Source: the human T2T-CHM13v2.0 reference genome, Homo sapiens. From it: a stretch of DNA of 64,000 nucleotides. The DNA is taken from assembly GCF_009914755.1 (NCBI RefSeq), contig NC_060931.1; one strand, written 5' to 3'. Of this stretch, positions 1 to 13,510 are shown piece by piece (position 1 is the first letter of the stretch; each line of letters opens with the position of its first letter). Made by a program: the position numbers and the translations under genes. The notes beneath the pieces are model-generated. The model made no database searches. It saw nothing but the letters and a program-made list of their open reading frames with translations, and was not told the DNA's origin.

Positions 1-282
1 GTATACTTCGCAAAGCAAACCAGGCAGATGTGAGCCAAGGGACAGTGCTGAGATCCTAGAACAGCATGATTGGGCTTGACCGTGCAACCCTGACTATGGA
101 CACAAACATGAAATGTGTCTCCCTTACCATCGTTGCTAACACTGCACTGGGGGAACACCCTCTCCTCCCACACAGTGGCTCCCTTGAACACCTAACTCGC
201 TTCACAACATTTTCAGTCACCTTCATCATTAAAACAGCTGTGTGCCGTTTCTTGGGACATAGTCTTGCTTATTTGTAAATGG

Positions 283-428
283 TTTTTTCAATTAATTGCA
301 TTTTATTGGTACATAATAATTGTACGTATTTGCGAGGTTCATGCGATATTTTGATACATACACACAATGTGTAATGAGCAAATCAGGGTAACTGGGGCAT
401 CCATCGCTGCAAACATTTATCATTTCTA
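283..428 (-). mobile_element. L1 (L1MA/L1PB-type) 3' end fragment
   Basis: Antisense L1 3'UTR sequence 'ttgtacgtatttgcgaggttcatgcgatattttgatacatacacacaatgtgtaatgagcaaatcagggtaactgggg'. Confidence 0.75.
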
Positions 429-717
429 CAGGAATCTGTCTATCTACAGGGTAGATTCCTGTAGAAATGACATGCTGTGTGGGATTGTCTGCCCAACCAA
501 GGCTGAAATCAGTGGGAGGCCGAGAGGATTAAAGTTAGGACCCTGGAGGCCTGGAGCACACCTAGCCTCTTCTCTCTATGCCTCCCAATTCTCTGGGCTC
601 ACTGCCCTGGGGCTGGGGCAAGGAGAGGGAAAGGGAAATGGTGTTTGCTTAGCATTTCTGCCAGTAGTGAGTTTCTGCTTCCATGTTGTTTGTGATCCTA
701 GCCAGAGTGGGTGTATG

Positions 718-1080
718 TGTGATGGTTACATTTATGTGTCCACTTGGCTGGGCCGTGGTGCCCAGGTATGTGGGCGAGCATCATTCTGGATATTTCTGTG
801 AGGGTGTTTTTGAGTCCATAAACTTTAAGTAAAGCAGATGGCTCTCCCCAATGCAGGTGGGCCTCATCTAATCAGTTGAAGGTCTGAGTAGAACAAAAGA
901 CTGACCTCCCTAGAGTAAGAGGGAATTCTGCAGCAAGTGAATGAACTGCAGCATCAGCTCTTCACTGAGTCTCCAGTCTGCTGGCCCACCCTGCAGAATT
1001 TGGACTTGCCAGCTCCCGTAATCACATGAGCCACTTCCTTAATTTAAACCTCCTATATGTATACACATCATGTTGGGTCT
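718..1080 (+). mobile_element. MLT2 (MLT2D-like) ERVL solo LTR
   Basis: Starts 'tgtgatggttacatttatgtgtccacttggct'; contains 'ggcctcatctaatcagttgaagg' and 'tttggacttgccagc' typical of MLT2. Confidence 0.8.
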
Positions 1081-1805
1081 TTAGGGTGTGTGCCCTCCTG
1101 AATCCTGAGAGGATTTAGTTCCAAAGACACATCTAGGTATTGCTGTCCCCAAGGAGACTCATGCTCATTGTCCTATGGGGCCACTGCTAGGACACAAGGA
1201 GCCCCAGTTCTGAGCCTGTGTGTGGGCAGAATGACCTCCTGGACCCCATGACACTGGAGGCTGAGGGTCCTCTGCCCTCTCTCCATGGCTGCAGCTTCAT
1301 GTTTCCTCTCCCCAGTGTCCACATCACCAGCAGTGGCTCCTCCCCGTAGCTCAGCGAGCTGGGACTGAGCAGATACCCCAGAGACATGCAGTTACCACCA
1401 GGTCCATGGTCTTCTCTTCCCTCAGCTCCAGGGAGAAGAATTATTTAAACACCACTCCCCTTCACAAGGAGTTTGGGGCCAGTCTTTCTCTGTGAGCCCC
1501 AAATCCCCGCAAAGAGAATTCCTCACACACCCAGTCCCGTCTTACATCTCTGATTGTCTGACCTTACTCATTTATGGAGACACAGAAAGTCTCACTCTAA
1601 GGAAGGAAACTTCTTAGAACTCAGTTCTGGAAAATTTAGTTTAAAAAGTTTCAGAAACAAAAGATCTAAACCGGAATCATGCATCTTTCTGTGCACTGGA
1701 ATGCAGGATTCAGGCCCAACTAAGTCCCATAAACTTGCAGTTTCTATAAACTGTGCTTGTTTTCACTTTTAAAATATCCGTAATATATATGTAGCACCAT
1801 CTCCC

Positions 1806-2225
1806 TGTAGTAGTCCCATCTCACGTTGCTATAAAGAAATATCTGAGACTAGATAATTTATAAAGAGGTTTAATTGGCTTGGGGTTCTGCAGGCTGTACA
1901 GGAAGCATGGTGCCGGCATCTGCTCAGCTTCTTGGGAGGCCTCAGGAAGCTTCCAATCATGGCAGAAGGCAAAGGGGGAGCAGATATGTCACATGGCTGG
2001 AGCAGGAGCAAGAGAGGGAGAGAGAGAGAGAGACAGTGGGGAGGGAGGTGCCATACACTTTGAAAATGACCAGATCTCCTGAGAACTCTGCATCACAAAG
2101 AAAGCACCAAGCCATGAGGGATTTGCCCCCATGATCCAGGCACCTCTGACCAGCCCCCACCTCCAGAATTGGGGATTACAATTCAACATGACATTTGGGT
2201 GGGGACAGATATCCAAACTATAACA
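1806..2225 (-). mobile_element. MST (MSTA/MSTB) MaLR solo LTR
   Basis: 'ataaagaaatatctgagact...aggctgtacaggaagcatggtgccggcatctgctcagc...ggggacagatatccaaactataaca'. Confidence 0.9.
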
Positions 2226-2964
2226 GACATCTCATAACAAGTAGTGAGGACTATCACCAAGAAAGGCAGAAGAGGGAAGCGTTTACATTTTTCCTATGGA
2301 TTTAATTTGATACAAACATCTTCACAAGGTGTTGACATCTAGCAGTATAGAGCACTTCTCCATTGTCTCCCTTGTGTGGCAAGATGTCAGGTTCATAGAG
2401 AAGGCAGAGGCCAGTCTAGCTTACAGAATTCTAGTGGGTACCATACTGACACTACAGGGACAGCAGGGTTACTTGGCACAGGGGTGAGGGGTCCCTTAGG
2501 GTCTCTCTAGGCATCTAGAAAAATGCAAGGTATCTTTCAGAACAGTAAATTGAAAGCTCTCCTTGTATGGGGGCATTTTCCAGTTCAATCCTAATTCACC
2601 TGCTTGGCTTGGGATGAAGTTTATGCAGGAAGGCTGAACACATCACCTGGGGACATCTAACAGTGGGAGATATGATTGTGTGAAACCCAGGAGCATATAG
2701 TATTTGGAGATTGAGACATGAAGGGAGCTGGCCTCAGGGCCAATGGGGCCCTGGATGAATGGGTGAAACTCAAGGCAAAAACTTATTCCCCAAAAGAGAA
2801 ATGCCAGGCAGGAGTCCAACCTTAGGGAGGCATGTGATCTTGAGACAGTTTAGAAAAGGACTCAAATTGGGGAATTGGAAGGAAGTAAGGACCCTGTTAC
2901 CAGAACTGGGATACTGTAGAAAGACGACCTTGTAAAACAAACAGTGGCCAAGCTCGGGTCCGGT

Positions 2965-3160
2965 GTTCTACCTGGTAATCCTGGTTTCTCTACTCTCTGG
3001 CTGTCTCATCTTGGGCAAATGGTTAACCTCTCCTTTTCCAGTAGCTCCCCTGTAAAATAGGGATCACAAAACAACCACACTGTAGGGCTCTGATGAGGAT
3101 TAAATGAGATAATACATGTAGAGTTTCCAGGACAGCAGCAAACATCAACGGGCCCGTAGA
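2965..3160 (+). mobile_element. MIR SINE
   Basis: MIR core 'cttgggcaaatggttaacctctc...ctgtaaaataggg...gaggattaaatgagataatacatgta'. Confidence 0.75.
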
Positions 3161-4581
3161 TATTAGACATTTTTACTTAAGACAAAGCAGTAGCCCAGTA
3201 ATTAGAATCAAGGTTAAGGTCAGTTAGGCTAATTTAGCAGCAAGTTTGACTCAGTCTTGTTACTTGAATATTAAGCTTGATTTTCATTAATCCTTGCTAT
3301 GAATGAACTTAGTCCAAAGTGTTGAATAGAGACAGGCTGGCAGGAGACTGTAGGCTGGGGAGCAAAGAGATATCAAGTCAGAGGATTTGGTGCAGATGTG
3401 GCAGCTGGAGTGTGAAGTGGGGTGAAGACTAATGCTGCTTTTAGAGCAACATTTCTGGTGCATTGGGTACTGCCATTTGTAAGTCGGTGCAGTTTGCGTT
3501 AATTCCAATCATACCTTGTGTATGACTTAGGGAGCTACTGGGTTTCCTATGTCTTTGCAGGCTGATGAGAGAAACACAAACATGGCTGCTACTCTCTGCC
3601 TCCAAGAGCATTTTCCTCCCCTCCCTGCCTCTCCTCCCAAAAGCACTGGAGTGAAGGGAGAGAGTGTAAATTGAAAAGCAAACCCATCGTTCAAGTACAT
3701 AAAAAAGATCAAATGCAAGGGGAGAGGAGGAGAGGTGTGATGCAGACCAAACATCCCTGCTGTAAAGAGACTTAAGAGGAATAATAGGACTGAGCCATAA
3801 AATGTTTATGGTGTCCCAGGAATAATTGAATATTTCCTGGTTTGTTGTGCTGAGATTTTATGAGCCAAACAGGGGATCTTTAAAGCTTATTGTCTTTTGC
3901 TCTTCAAAGGTTTAATTAAGGTTGGACTTGAGGCTTAAAGTTGTTTGAAAACTTGGAATTTAAAGTGAAACAGCCCAAGAAACCTATATAACCAGTGAAG
4001 CAGGTGTCTGTGCAAGGACTGGATCGGCTGTATGGGTGCCCCGAATGGGAGAATCATTTGGCACCTTCCCAAAAGCAAAATTTCTAATGCTTTTACCTGC
4101 TAGTCATTCAGAATGTGCTGAAATAAAATGTTCTATTAGTACAATTTGCATACATATTTTTTAAAATTCCTGACCTTAAATGGGTTGCTTGCTGGTCCTC
4201 TTATTTAGCAATAAGGCCAAATCTTAAATCTTTCCCCTATCCCACCCCTCTAGATACAGCTCCCTTTATTGTGTAGGGAATTCATTTCCTTTCTCACTTC
4301 CATCTGGCCTGAGACCTTGCTTAGCCATCAGAAACATTCACCACTTAATACATTTTCAATCAGCATTAAATCACAGGTCATTATATTAAGAAAAAGTATT
4401 TTTATAGCAATAAAACAATAATATATTTTTTAGATAATAATACCCTTAAGGAGGGATTATATCCAAGTACAAAATAGAGAATTCAGCATATGTTCGGATT
4501 AAAACCAGAACAATTTTGTGTTTTACTAATCAGGTATCTTATCACCTTTTGTAGAAACTGAGATTAACTACCATGATATTT

Positions 4582-4771
4582 GGGGAACATCACACCCCGC
4601 GGCCTATTGTGGGGTGGGGGGAGGGGGGAGGGATAGCATTAGGAGATATACCTAATGTTAAATGACGAGTTAATGGGTGCAGCACACCAACATGGCACAT
4701 GTATACATATGTAACAAACCTGCACGTTGTGCACATGTACCCTAAAACTTAAAGTATAATAATAAAAAAAA
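4582..4771 (+). mobile_element. 5'-truncated young L1PA (PA3/PA4-like) 3' end with A tail
   Basis: G-rich tract followed by 'ggatagcattaggagatatacctaatgttaaatgacgagttaatgggtgcagcacaccaacatggcacatgtatacatatgtaacaaacctgcacgttgtgcacatgtaccctaaaacttaaagtataat' and A-rich tail. Confidence 0.95.
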
Positions 4772-4772
4772 T

Positions 4773-5262
4773 TTATAGATTTTTTTTTGCAGGAGTTTTA
4801 GATTCACAGAAAAACTGAGCAGAAAGTACAGAGAGTTTCCAAAAACTCTCTGCCCCACACTTGCATAGACTTCTCCATTATCGGCATCCTGTACGGGAGT
4901 GGTACGTTTGTCACAATTGACGAATGTGAACACAATCACCAAAGTCCACAGTTTACATTAGGATTCACTCTTGCTGTTGGACATTCCATGCATTTGGACA
5001 AATGCGCAATGACATGTATCCACCATTAGAGCATCATACAGACTAGTTTCACTGCCCTACAAATCCTCTGTGCCCCATCTATTTATCCCTCCCTCCCTCC
5101 CACCCCGTGGTGACCACTGATCTCTTACTGTCTCCATGGTTTTGCCTTTTTCCAGAATGTCCCATAATGACATACGAAATATAGCTTTTTCATAGACTCA
5201 TACAACATATAGCTTTTTCAGTCTTTCACTTAGTAATATGAATTTTTCTCTATGTCTTTTTT
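4773..5262 (-). mobile_element. L1MC-type 3' end fragment
   Basis: 'agttttagattcacagaaaaactgagcagaaagtacagagagtttcc...caaagtccacagtttacattagg'. Confidence 0.8.
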
Positions 5263-6635
5263 AAAAAATAGCCTTTATTTTGGGGCGCAGCAGTACTTAC
5301 TTTTCATTTCAGTGATGATTTGGAGTGGCTTCTAATTGGTAACTCCATCATTCTCTTATCAAAAGTGGTCCGTGCACAGCCTCTTCCTTTAAGAACACGC
5401 AGATATGGTCTGACGTTGCTGAAAGCCAGGAGTGGTGGAAATTCAGTTTCCATGTCAGTGGACGTGAAATTACCTTTTGTCACTGTGTGACTTCAGGAGA
5501 AATGCTTCTCCTGGTGCAAAGGCTTTGCTAGAAATGAGAAAGTGGAAAAAGATGATGGTGTCTTTAGATACATGCCCAGAGAATGGGCATCGTCCCCTGA
5601 TTGCTTTTCCATGTTGAGCATGACCTTCCCTTTTATGACCTTTTTTCTTGAAGGGGTTTTCATTAGTTCTTGTTTTTTAACCACCAGAGTTTCTCACTGA
5701 GAGAGAACAGATGATAGATTGAAATCTCAGTGTGATGTAGAATTGAGTGCGTCTCTTCCTCTGGTCCTAACACTTATCCCAGGCCATGGTTACCCATCTT
5801 CCATTGTACTGTAAGTACAGGAGAGGGCAGAGGGTTGGATGTCCCTAAAGCCTAGTGTGCTTCCTACCTCAGTGCTAAAGGAAAGTCTAAAGCAAACTAA
5901 TCTCCACCTTACCCCTATATTTCCTTTGAGTTGGAGTTCATTTACCATCTCATGGGTCAATCTAGTACTTCCCTTCCCTGTACACCTGCCTCACCAGAAG
6001 CACACTTCTAGTATGTTCAAATGAGCTATGGGCTTATAATCAAATGCTAGGGATAAAAGCAGACACAAGGATATTCTCATTTCTCCAAAGGCAGAAATGA
6101 CTACCAGGAAGATTCAATCCATCAGGCTCTAGATGAGCCTGCCCTGTCTTTGATTGATGGCAAAGACATTTGGTGCTCAATAAGGCAGCTGAAGTTGCTT
6201 CTGCCACAACCATTTCTTTCTTTCTTTATGGTATTTCACCAAGAATCCAAGAAAAATAAGTAACTACATCTCAGTTTAATGTCTTTTCTTCTCTATAGCC
6301 ACTTGTGTTTTATTAGTCCTCAGCTCTCCGTCCAAATTTCATCTCATCAGAAGGTGTGTGGGCTGATTAACCTCCTGCAATCTTTTAGACATGCCATTTA
6401 AAGGTTCTTGTGACACCATCCATTACAGTCACTGGCATCACCTTGTTTGATGAGCAGCAAGAAATTGTCGACACTTTCTAGTTCAAGTTCCTCATTTGCT
6501 CGATGAGAAAAGTGAGGTACAAAGAATACTGTAACCTATGCAAGCTACTCCATTTGCTCCCAAAAAAGCTGAGACTAGAAAGTGGCTCTCCTTAATCTCA
6601 CTCCTACTTTCTTTTCATATGTGTCATTGCTGTAT

Positions 6636-6750
6636 GTTTTTCAAGTTTTATTGAGGTATAATAGATATAAAAGTTTACACATATTTAAAGTATACATTTT
6701 CATGATTTTGGATATGTACACACACATGCACATACAACACATACCACACA

Positions 6751-6793
<43 letters not shown>

Positions 6794-7275
6794 CCATGAT
6801 ACCATCAGGAACTAAATGTATTTATCACTTTCAAAAATTGCCTTGTGTTCTTTTGTGGTGTTTTGTTTGTTCATGGTAAAGGAACTTAGCATGAGAACTC
6901 TTAACATATTTTGAAGTGCACAATACCATATTGTTATACTGTGTTATACCGCAAATCTCAAGAACTCATGTATCCAGCATAACTGAAGCGTCATACTCAT
7001 CAAGTGACAACTTCTCACTTCCTCCTCCCCTCAGCCTCTGGCAACCACCATTCTGCTTATGCCTATTTTGGATACCTTAGATACCTTGGAAAATGTGTTA
7101 TACGCTTACAATGCAATATTATTTCAGGCTTAGAAAGAGAAGGAAATTCTATTATTTGCCACAACATGGATGAATGTTGAGGACATGGTGCAAGTGAAAT
7201 AAGCCAGGCACAGAGAACAGCAACTTCATGATTCCATTCATATGAAGTATTTAAAATCATCAGACTCAGGGAAGC
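6636..7275 (-). mobile_element. L1MA-type 3' end; segment about 7087-7275 is inverted
   Basis: Antisense L1MA 3'UTR 6636-7086, then sense-orientation adjacent L1 sequence 'gaaaatgtg...acaacatggatgaatgttgaggacat...gtgaaataagccagg'. Confidence 0.8.
6718..6792. repeat. (CA)n microsatellite, imperfect, inside L1MA
   Basis: Visible CA tract. Confidence 0.95.
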
Positions 7276-7314
7276 TGTTATGTTTATATTTATTTCAATA
7301 AGCAGAGACATGCA

Positions 7315-7497
7315 GCACTAAAATTTGTGCCAGGCACCATGACAGCAATTATTAGCACTATGAAGTCAGTGATACTGTTATGCCCACTTCACAGAGGGGG
7401 AAACTGAAAGAGGTTCTAACTTGCTCGAGGTCACAGAGTATGTGAGTGGTTGTGCCTGATGAGAACACAAGCAGATCTGACTCCAGAGTCCACGTCC
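7315..7497 (-). mobile_element. MIR SINE
   Basis: 'cccacttcacagagggggaaactga...aacttgctcgaggtcacag...tctgactccagagtcca'. Confidence 0.75.
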
Positions 7498-9006
7498 CCC
7501 CTACCTTCCCATAGCACCACCGCCCCTTGATGGTATGCCCTGATCACAGATTCTGTATGAGATACGGTATCTCCATCTGGAAAGACAGATCTTAGTCAAT
7601 GATCAATAACAAATCCAGGTTTAACTATGAATCTGTTCTAAAGTTACTTCTTAGGAAAAATTTTCAAATTTTAAAATTCTTTGAGGATCTCAAAAAGTAA
7701 TCATTTCTCCATACTCATTGCTGCCTGGAGGCTTGAAGAAATGTTAATGTATTTATCTTATGTGTCTTAATTATTCAAAGCATTATGGAAAGAGAACTAG
7801 GCTGTTTTCCCTTGCAAATCTCAGCTAGGTTAGTTCTTTTTTCCCCTTTGATATAAAAAGTGATGCCCAGAAACATAATAATTCTGAAAGATGTATTTTA
7901 TCCCACTGCACCTGCTAAGATTCCTGTGTTATGGGCAAGTATCAACAACTGCCAGGTGCTTTGGCTGCTTTTAGCTTTCTCAGCTATTTTGTGATAGAAT
8001 GGAGGGAACTGATGTGAAGAAAGACATTGTATTTGATTTTGGAGTGAAGGATAAGTGTTTTTCTTAAATCATTAAGAAAAATCCTACACTTCCTTAGGGC
8101 TCAATGGGCACTGCTAATGAAAACGTGAGGCACACGCAGAGAACAGATTGGTATTTCTGAAGTTTAATCTGGGATGTACTCCAGGTTCAACCACCCTTTA
8201 TGCAAACTTGAGCACATCACAGAAGTTTTTGGTATAGATTCTAGGAAAAGGGCTATTCTGTATGCACACGCTTATGTTGCATGATTGATGTAGAGGTCAA
8301 ATGTGTGATTCCTGGGTGACAGAGGCATGCATGTTGAGGAGAAGGTAGCAGTGGGCTGCGTGTGGGAAGGAAGACTCTGCTGGATAACTGTAGGTGGCTC
8401 ACAAGGTGCATGGTAGATCAGAGGGCTTGGCACAGGCAGAGGCCATTCTCAGCCTGGAGAAGAAAGGGGCTGTCATTTCAACACAGAGTCAATCTCTGGG
8501 ACTTTGGAAGAGGAGAGTGTGAGACATTTATGTTTCTGAATCTGGCCATGAGAGGGTAACTGAAAGCCATGAACAAAATCAGCCAACTATATTCATGAAT
8601 CCTTGAGAAAATGCCATTTGTGGAAAGCTAATGATGCACAATGTAAAAAAAAGTTATTTTAGACAATTTGGTTACCATTTAAAATGTATCTTTCTAATCA
8701 AACTAAAAAATTCAGCCACAAATAGGAATGAGAGGTACAGGAGAAAGAAAGGTGAAGAGTGGAGAGGGATGGCAAAAGGAAATGGGGAGAGGTTGGGGAA
8801 GAGGGTCACATCAAGGGAAGCTGGTAAATTGAAAACCTGAGTAATAAGGTCCTTGAGTTGAGCTTCAGCGCACCTGCAAAGTGGAATTTTGTCTTGAAAT
8901 GAATTCAGGAGAAAAGGCTCAGGCGTGCTGGAGAGCATCAGGGTGATTTTCATGAGCAGGTCAAGGTGAAAGTCTCTGCTTATTCTCTCCAAGAATGAAA
9001 CCCCAG

Positions 9007-9418
9007 TGTGTGAGTTTGCTCAGGCTACTGTAACAAATACCACAGGCTGGGGGGCTTCAACAAGAGAAATTAATTTTCTTACAATTATGGAGTCTGGAAG
9101 CCCACTAGCCAGATATTGGCAGGTTTTATTTCTTCTGAGGTCTCTCTCCCTGACTTGCAGATGGCCGTCTTCTTGCTGTTCCTCACATGGTTTTCCTTCT
9201 GTGCAAGGGCTCTCCTGGTGTTTCTTTGTCCAAGTTTTCTCTTCTTATAAGGACACCAGTCTGATTGCATTAGGGCCCACACCAGAAGCATCGTTTTACT
9301 TTCATCACCTTTCAAAGGCCTTGTCTCCAAATACAGTCATATTTTGAGGTACCAGTGGATAGCGCTTCAATATTTGAATTTAGGGATGGGGAGGAGAGAC
9401 AGAATTCAGCCCATCACG
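9007..9418 (-). mobile_element. MLT1A-type MaLR solo LTR
   Basis: 'gtaacaaataccacaggctgggg...cttcttataaggacaccagt...tctccaaatacagtcat...aattcagcccatcac'. Confidence 0.85.
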
Positions 9419-9648
9419 CCCAGGAGGGAGGGAGAACATAGCCCAGTGAGGAAGGTACTGCAATGTATTTAGCATCCCGGTGAAGGAGGCGGGCTTGTGA
9501 TCTGTACTGAAGGAGCACAAATATGAAATATGAAAAATACAAGACATACAACACCAAAGCACCTTCAACAATACAGTTCTCTGATTATTACCAATGCTAC
9601 TCTTGGCTCTGTGCACCTTCACAATGGATTCTGATCATGAAAATCCAC

Positions 9649-10403
<755 letters not shown>

Positions 10404-12619
10404 CCCAGGAAGCACCTCAAATATTGACTTTAATCAACACTGCTCTGATTGCCCACTTAGCTACCAGAGAAGACATCCCTACTCTACACGACAGGTAGGC
10501 ATCTTGTCGTCAAAAAATATTTGTGCTGTGCTGTAAAAATATTAAGGGACTACATCTTAGGATTTGTGTTAGTTAGACCAGAATTATTGCATCTCGAGGT
10601 TGTGCTTTGGTGACATCTCGCTAGCTGAGTCAAAACTTAAATGGCAAATGTTATACAGACAAAATACTCATAATAAACCCCTGTTATCAAGTCACTCTCC
10701 AGGATGCTGTTGCATGACCAAGGCCTGAACATCTCAATTATTTATAAGTATGAGGAGCCCCTTGCTGTAGCCTGGAGTCTCTATTACACAAATTCTTTTT
10801 GTAAGGAATGTTTGCAAACAGGCGCACATTCAGGATATTTATTTGTTCACGTTGTGGCTCTTTAGCTATATTTGGATAGATAGGGTCAAAACTTGCCTTG
10901 AGAAACTCACCTGTTATCCTTTCAGCAGGACTGAGTTGTTCTGTTATAGGCAACATGCTCAGTCTTCTTTGCACCTGCCGTCTAACTGTATCTTGGACAA
11001 GCCTCAGTCATACCCAGTCTTCCTGAAGCCTGAACACTTGTTAGAAGTAGGTGAAGTAGGGAGGTGATTGCTTAAATAAGGTTTCTGTGCCTGCCTTCCT
11101 TAAACGTAGCTAAGGTCAACAGGACGGTAGCCAGAAATTTCTGGCAATTGCTATTTTGCAAATATTTAGAGTGACAGTTACTGTGAGGAGAGAGGATGTA
11201 AATGCAACTAAAACTTCTCAATATATTACTAAGGTAGCCTCCTTAATAGTAAAGATCCTTTCCTAGGAAATCAAGGTTCTTTGTTCACCTAACATTTACG
11301 GTCCTTTGTCACTTTCCTTTTTTTTTTTCCTTTTTTTAATTTTTAAAAATAAGTATCATTTTGAGCATCTGTTTTCTTGAAAATGGTTCCTGGATATGTC
11401 ACACATGGCATGGTGAATTATGACAAGAAGAGGTAGCAGAATGGCCAAGGTGAAGATTGTGGGAGCAAATTAGATTTTTTTTCCTCCAGGTTAACACTAG
11501 TTTTGTAAATTATAAGCAATTATTGAGCTCGAAACCTCCATCAGGCATGTACGTTTTTCTCTATGTATGCTGCACTTCACTAAAAATATTAGAAGAATTG
11601 TAGTTTGCTGAAATTTCCTTGATTCAATGTCTCTGAAAGTATGGGGAGCTATCATTAATAGAATAGTTTTTAAAGAAGGAGCTGCTGTAACCTCCATCAG
11701 CCTTACCTAGGTCAATGGAAAAATTTTTGACTTACCCTATTTTGGAGCCCAGATATTTGCACAGAAAGCAGAACATCTATTCTTTGCTCTTCTGCAAATC
11801 CTGGACGCCTTTTGTAGAAGTATCTGAGATTCTGTTCTCTTATTTCTTCTGAAGTTCACATCACAATATTTATTTTCTAAAGGGTCTCTATTATTTCTTT
11901 TGTATTTTTTAGTTCTCCACCCAAGAGGAGAAACATTTTTGATTGGCACGCCACAGCATTTTTCCTTTTGGCCCACACTGAGAAGGTGTATCGAAACAGA
12001 AGTCTATTGATCCCGGTTAGTCCTACATTTTCTAATGTAGGGCACTTCCTAAATCCTCCATTTGGCAAGACCTGTCAGGTTATGTGCTCAGAAAAGGAAG
12101 AATCTTGGGGCTCTCAAAAGTGCACTTTGCTTTAGAAGACAAAAGTAAATTTATAAGCAGAATGAGCTTCTGCCATTTTTTAAAAGCAGAGATTTATATG
12201 CTAAGGGCAACCAGATAGCCATTGGGGTGGGTTAGTGGATCTGGGCCTCAATGACACACAAGCAAATTCCCTGGATTTTTAGAACAATTGGGCACAGTGT
12301 TAGATGAGGATGAACAGACAGCAATATTTGCTTCTGTGGATAAACACAGAACACAAAGCTGAGCCGCAGACTGACCCTGACTGGGCAAAGCCTGTGAAGA
12401 CCCGGTCCTGAGTAGGGCACATCGTTCAGGGAGCTCTGGAGCCTCATTTCTCCCAACTCAGGTCCTTTCTTCATTCCCACTTTCTCTTTTGGGGCGATTG
12501 TGGGAGGTTTCCTTTGTGATTTCAAAGTCTAGTAGTCCTGTCTCCTTTCTCTTCTGCTCTTTTTCCCCTCACCGTGTTCCCCATCTCAGTGTCGGGTATT
12601 GGAGCTCCAGGGAGCTGAG

Positions 12620-13510
12620 AAGCTCCCACGCTTAGACACGTGGTGGCAGGTTGCTACCGACAGATGTGGATTTGATAAGTAAATATATGGAGGACAAGAG
12701 GAGCCAGGAGTCTCACTACCAGAGAAGGCAGCTGCACACGTGGAAAGAGAGAATGCTCGAGCAGACCCCGTGGTGCTGGACTGGAATTGAAGGTATTGGT
12801 GTGAGCCTGAGAGGGCGTGAGAGCAGAAAACCTAACTAGCAACGAGCACACGGGGCTCCCAGGTCTTGGCTTCTCTAAACCATTCTCCACTAGAAAGATC
12901 TAGAGCTCCTTGGGGAAGTGGCCAAATCCAGGACTGGAACAGGGAAGCCAAAGATGAGACTGGAACATTCTATTGTGCTAGCATGTGAGAAAGTGCCATC
13001 ATCACAGAATGGTGGGGACATGCCAGATGGACACAGAAGCCAATCTGGGGGAACCCTGACTGGCCGGACCTGGGACAATATGATAAAAAAAAAGAAGGTA
13101 AAGATAGTAACAGATCAGAACCCTATTTTACACAAATAGGAATGAGTCCCTATGGATGCAGTTGAATAAATGAATAAATAAATGTGGGGAAAAGAAAGAT
13201 TTTCCTTAGAGTAGAATGCCATCTAATAAATGTAAATAAAATGAGAAATTAGAAAATCATTATAATTAGAAAATGGTAGTAATAGTTCAGCAAGAAATGT
13301 CGATGAATGCTATAATGCTAGTAGTGAATGTTTGATGAGGAATAAAATATTTGCAGTGTTGGAGTACCTCCTCAGAAAATACTATTAAGGACAAAGGGAC
13401 ATACAGTAAACTTTACAGCAGAGAACTATACAGACACCACCATAACTAAATGATCAAGTTAGCAACATGATTAATGGTGCAAGTCAAAATTGTGTATCAC
13501 TGCAGAAAGA
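12620..13510 (+). mobile_element. Old L1 (L1MC4/L1MD-like) 3' region
   Basis: 'cattctccactagaaag...aagatgagactggaacat' and 'taaactttacagcagagaa...cagacaccaccataactaaatgatcaagtt' resemble L1MC/MD 3'UTR. Confidence 0.65.

Noticed and set aside
367-801. 144-aa ORF
   Set aside because: Runs from an antisense L1 fragment through unique DNA into an MLT2 LTR; chance ORF.
5262-5696. Possible processed pseudogene (AATAAA plus A-rich end on the minus strand)
   Set aside because: No recognisable parent protein and no TSD; the A-rich end coincides with an L1 boundary.
11533-11700. 12-mer aacctccatcag repeated 156 bp apart
   Set aside because: Only two copies with no flanking similarity; compatible with chance and not an array.
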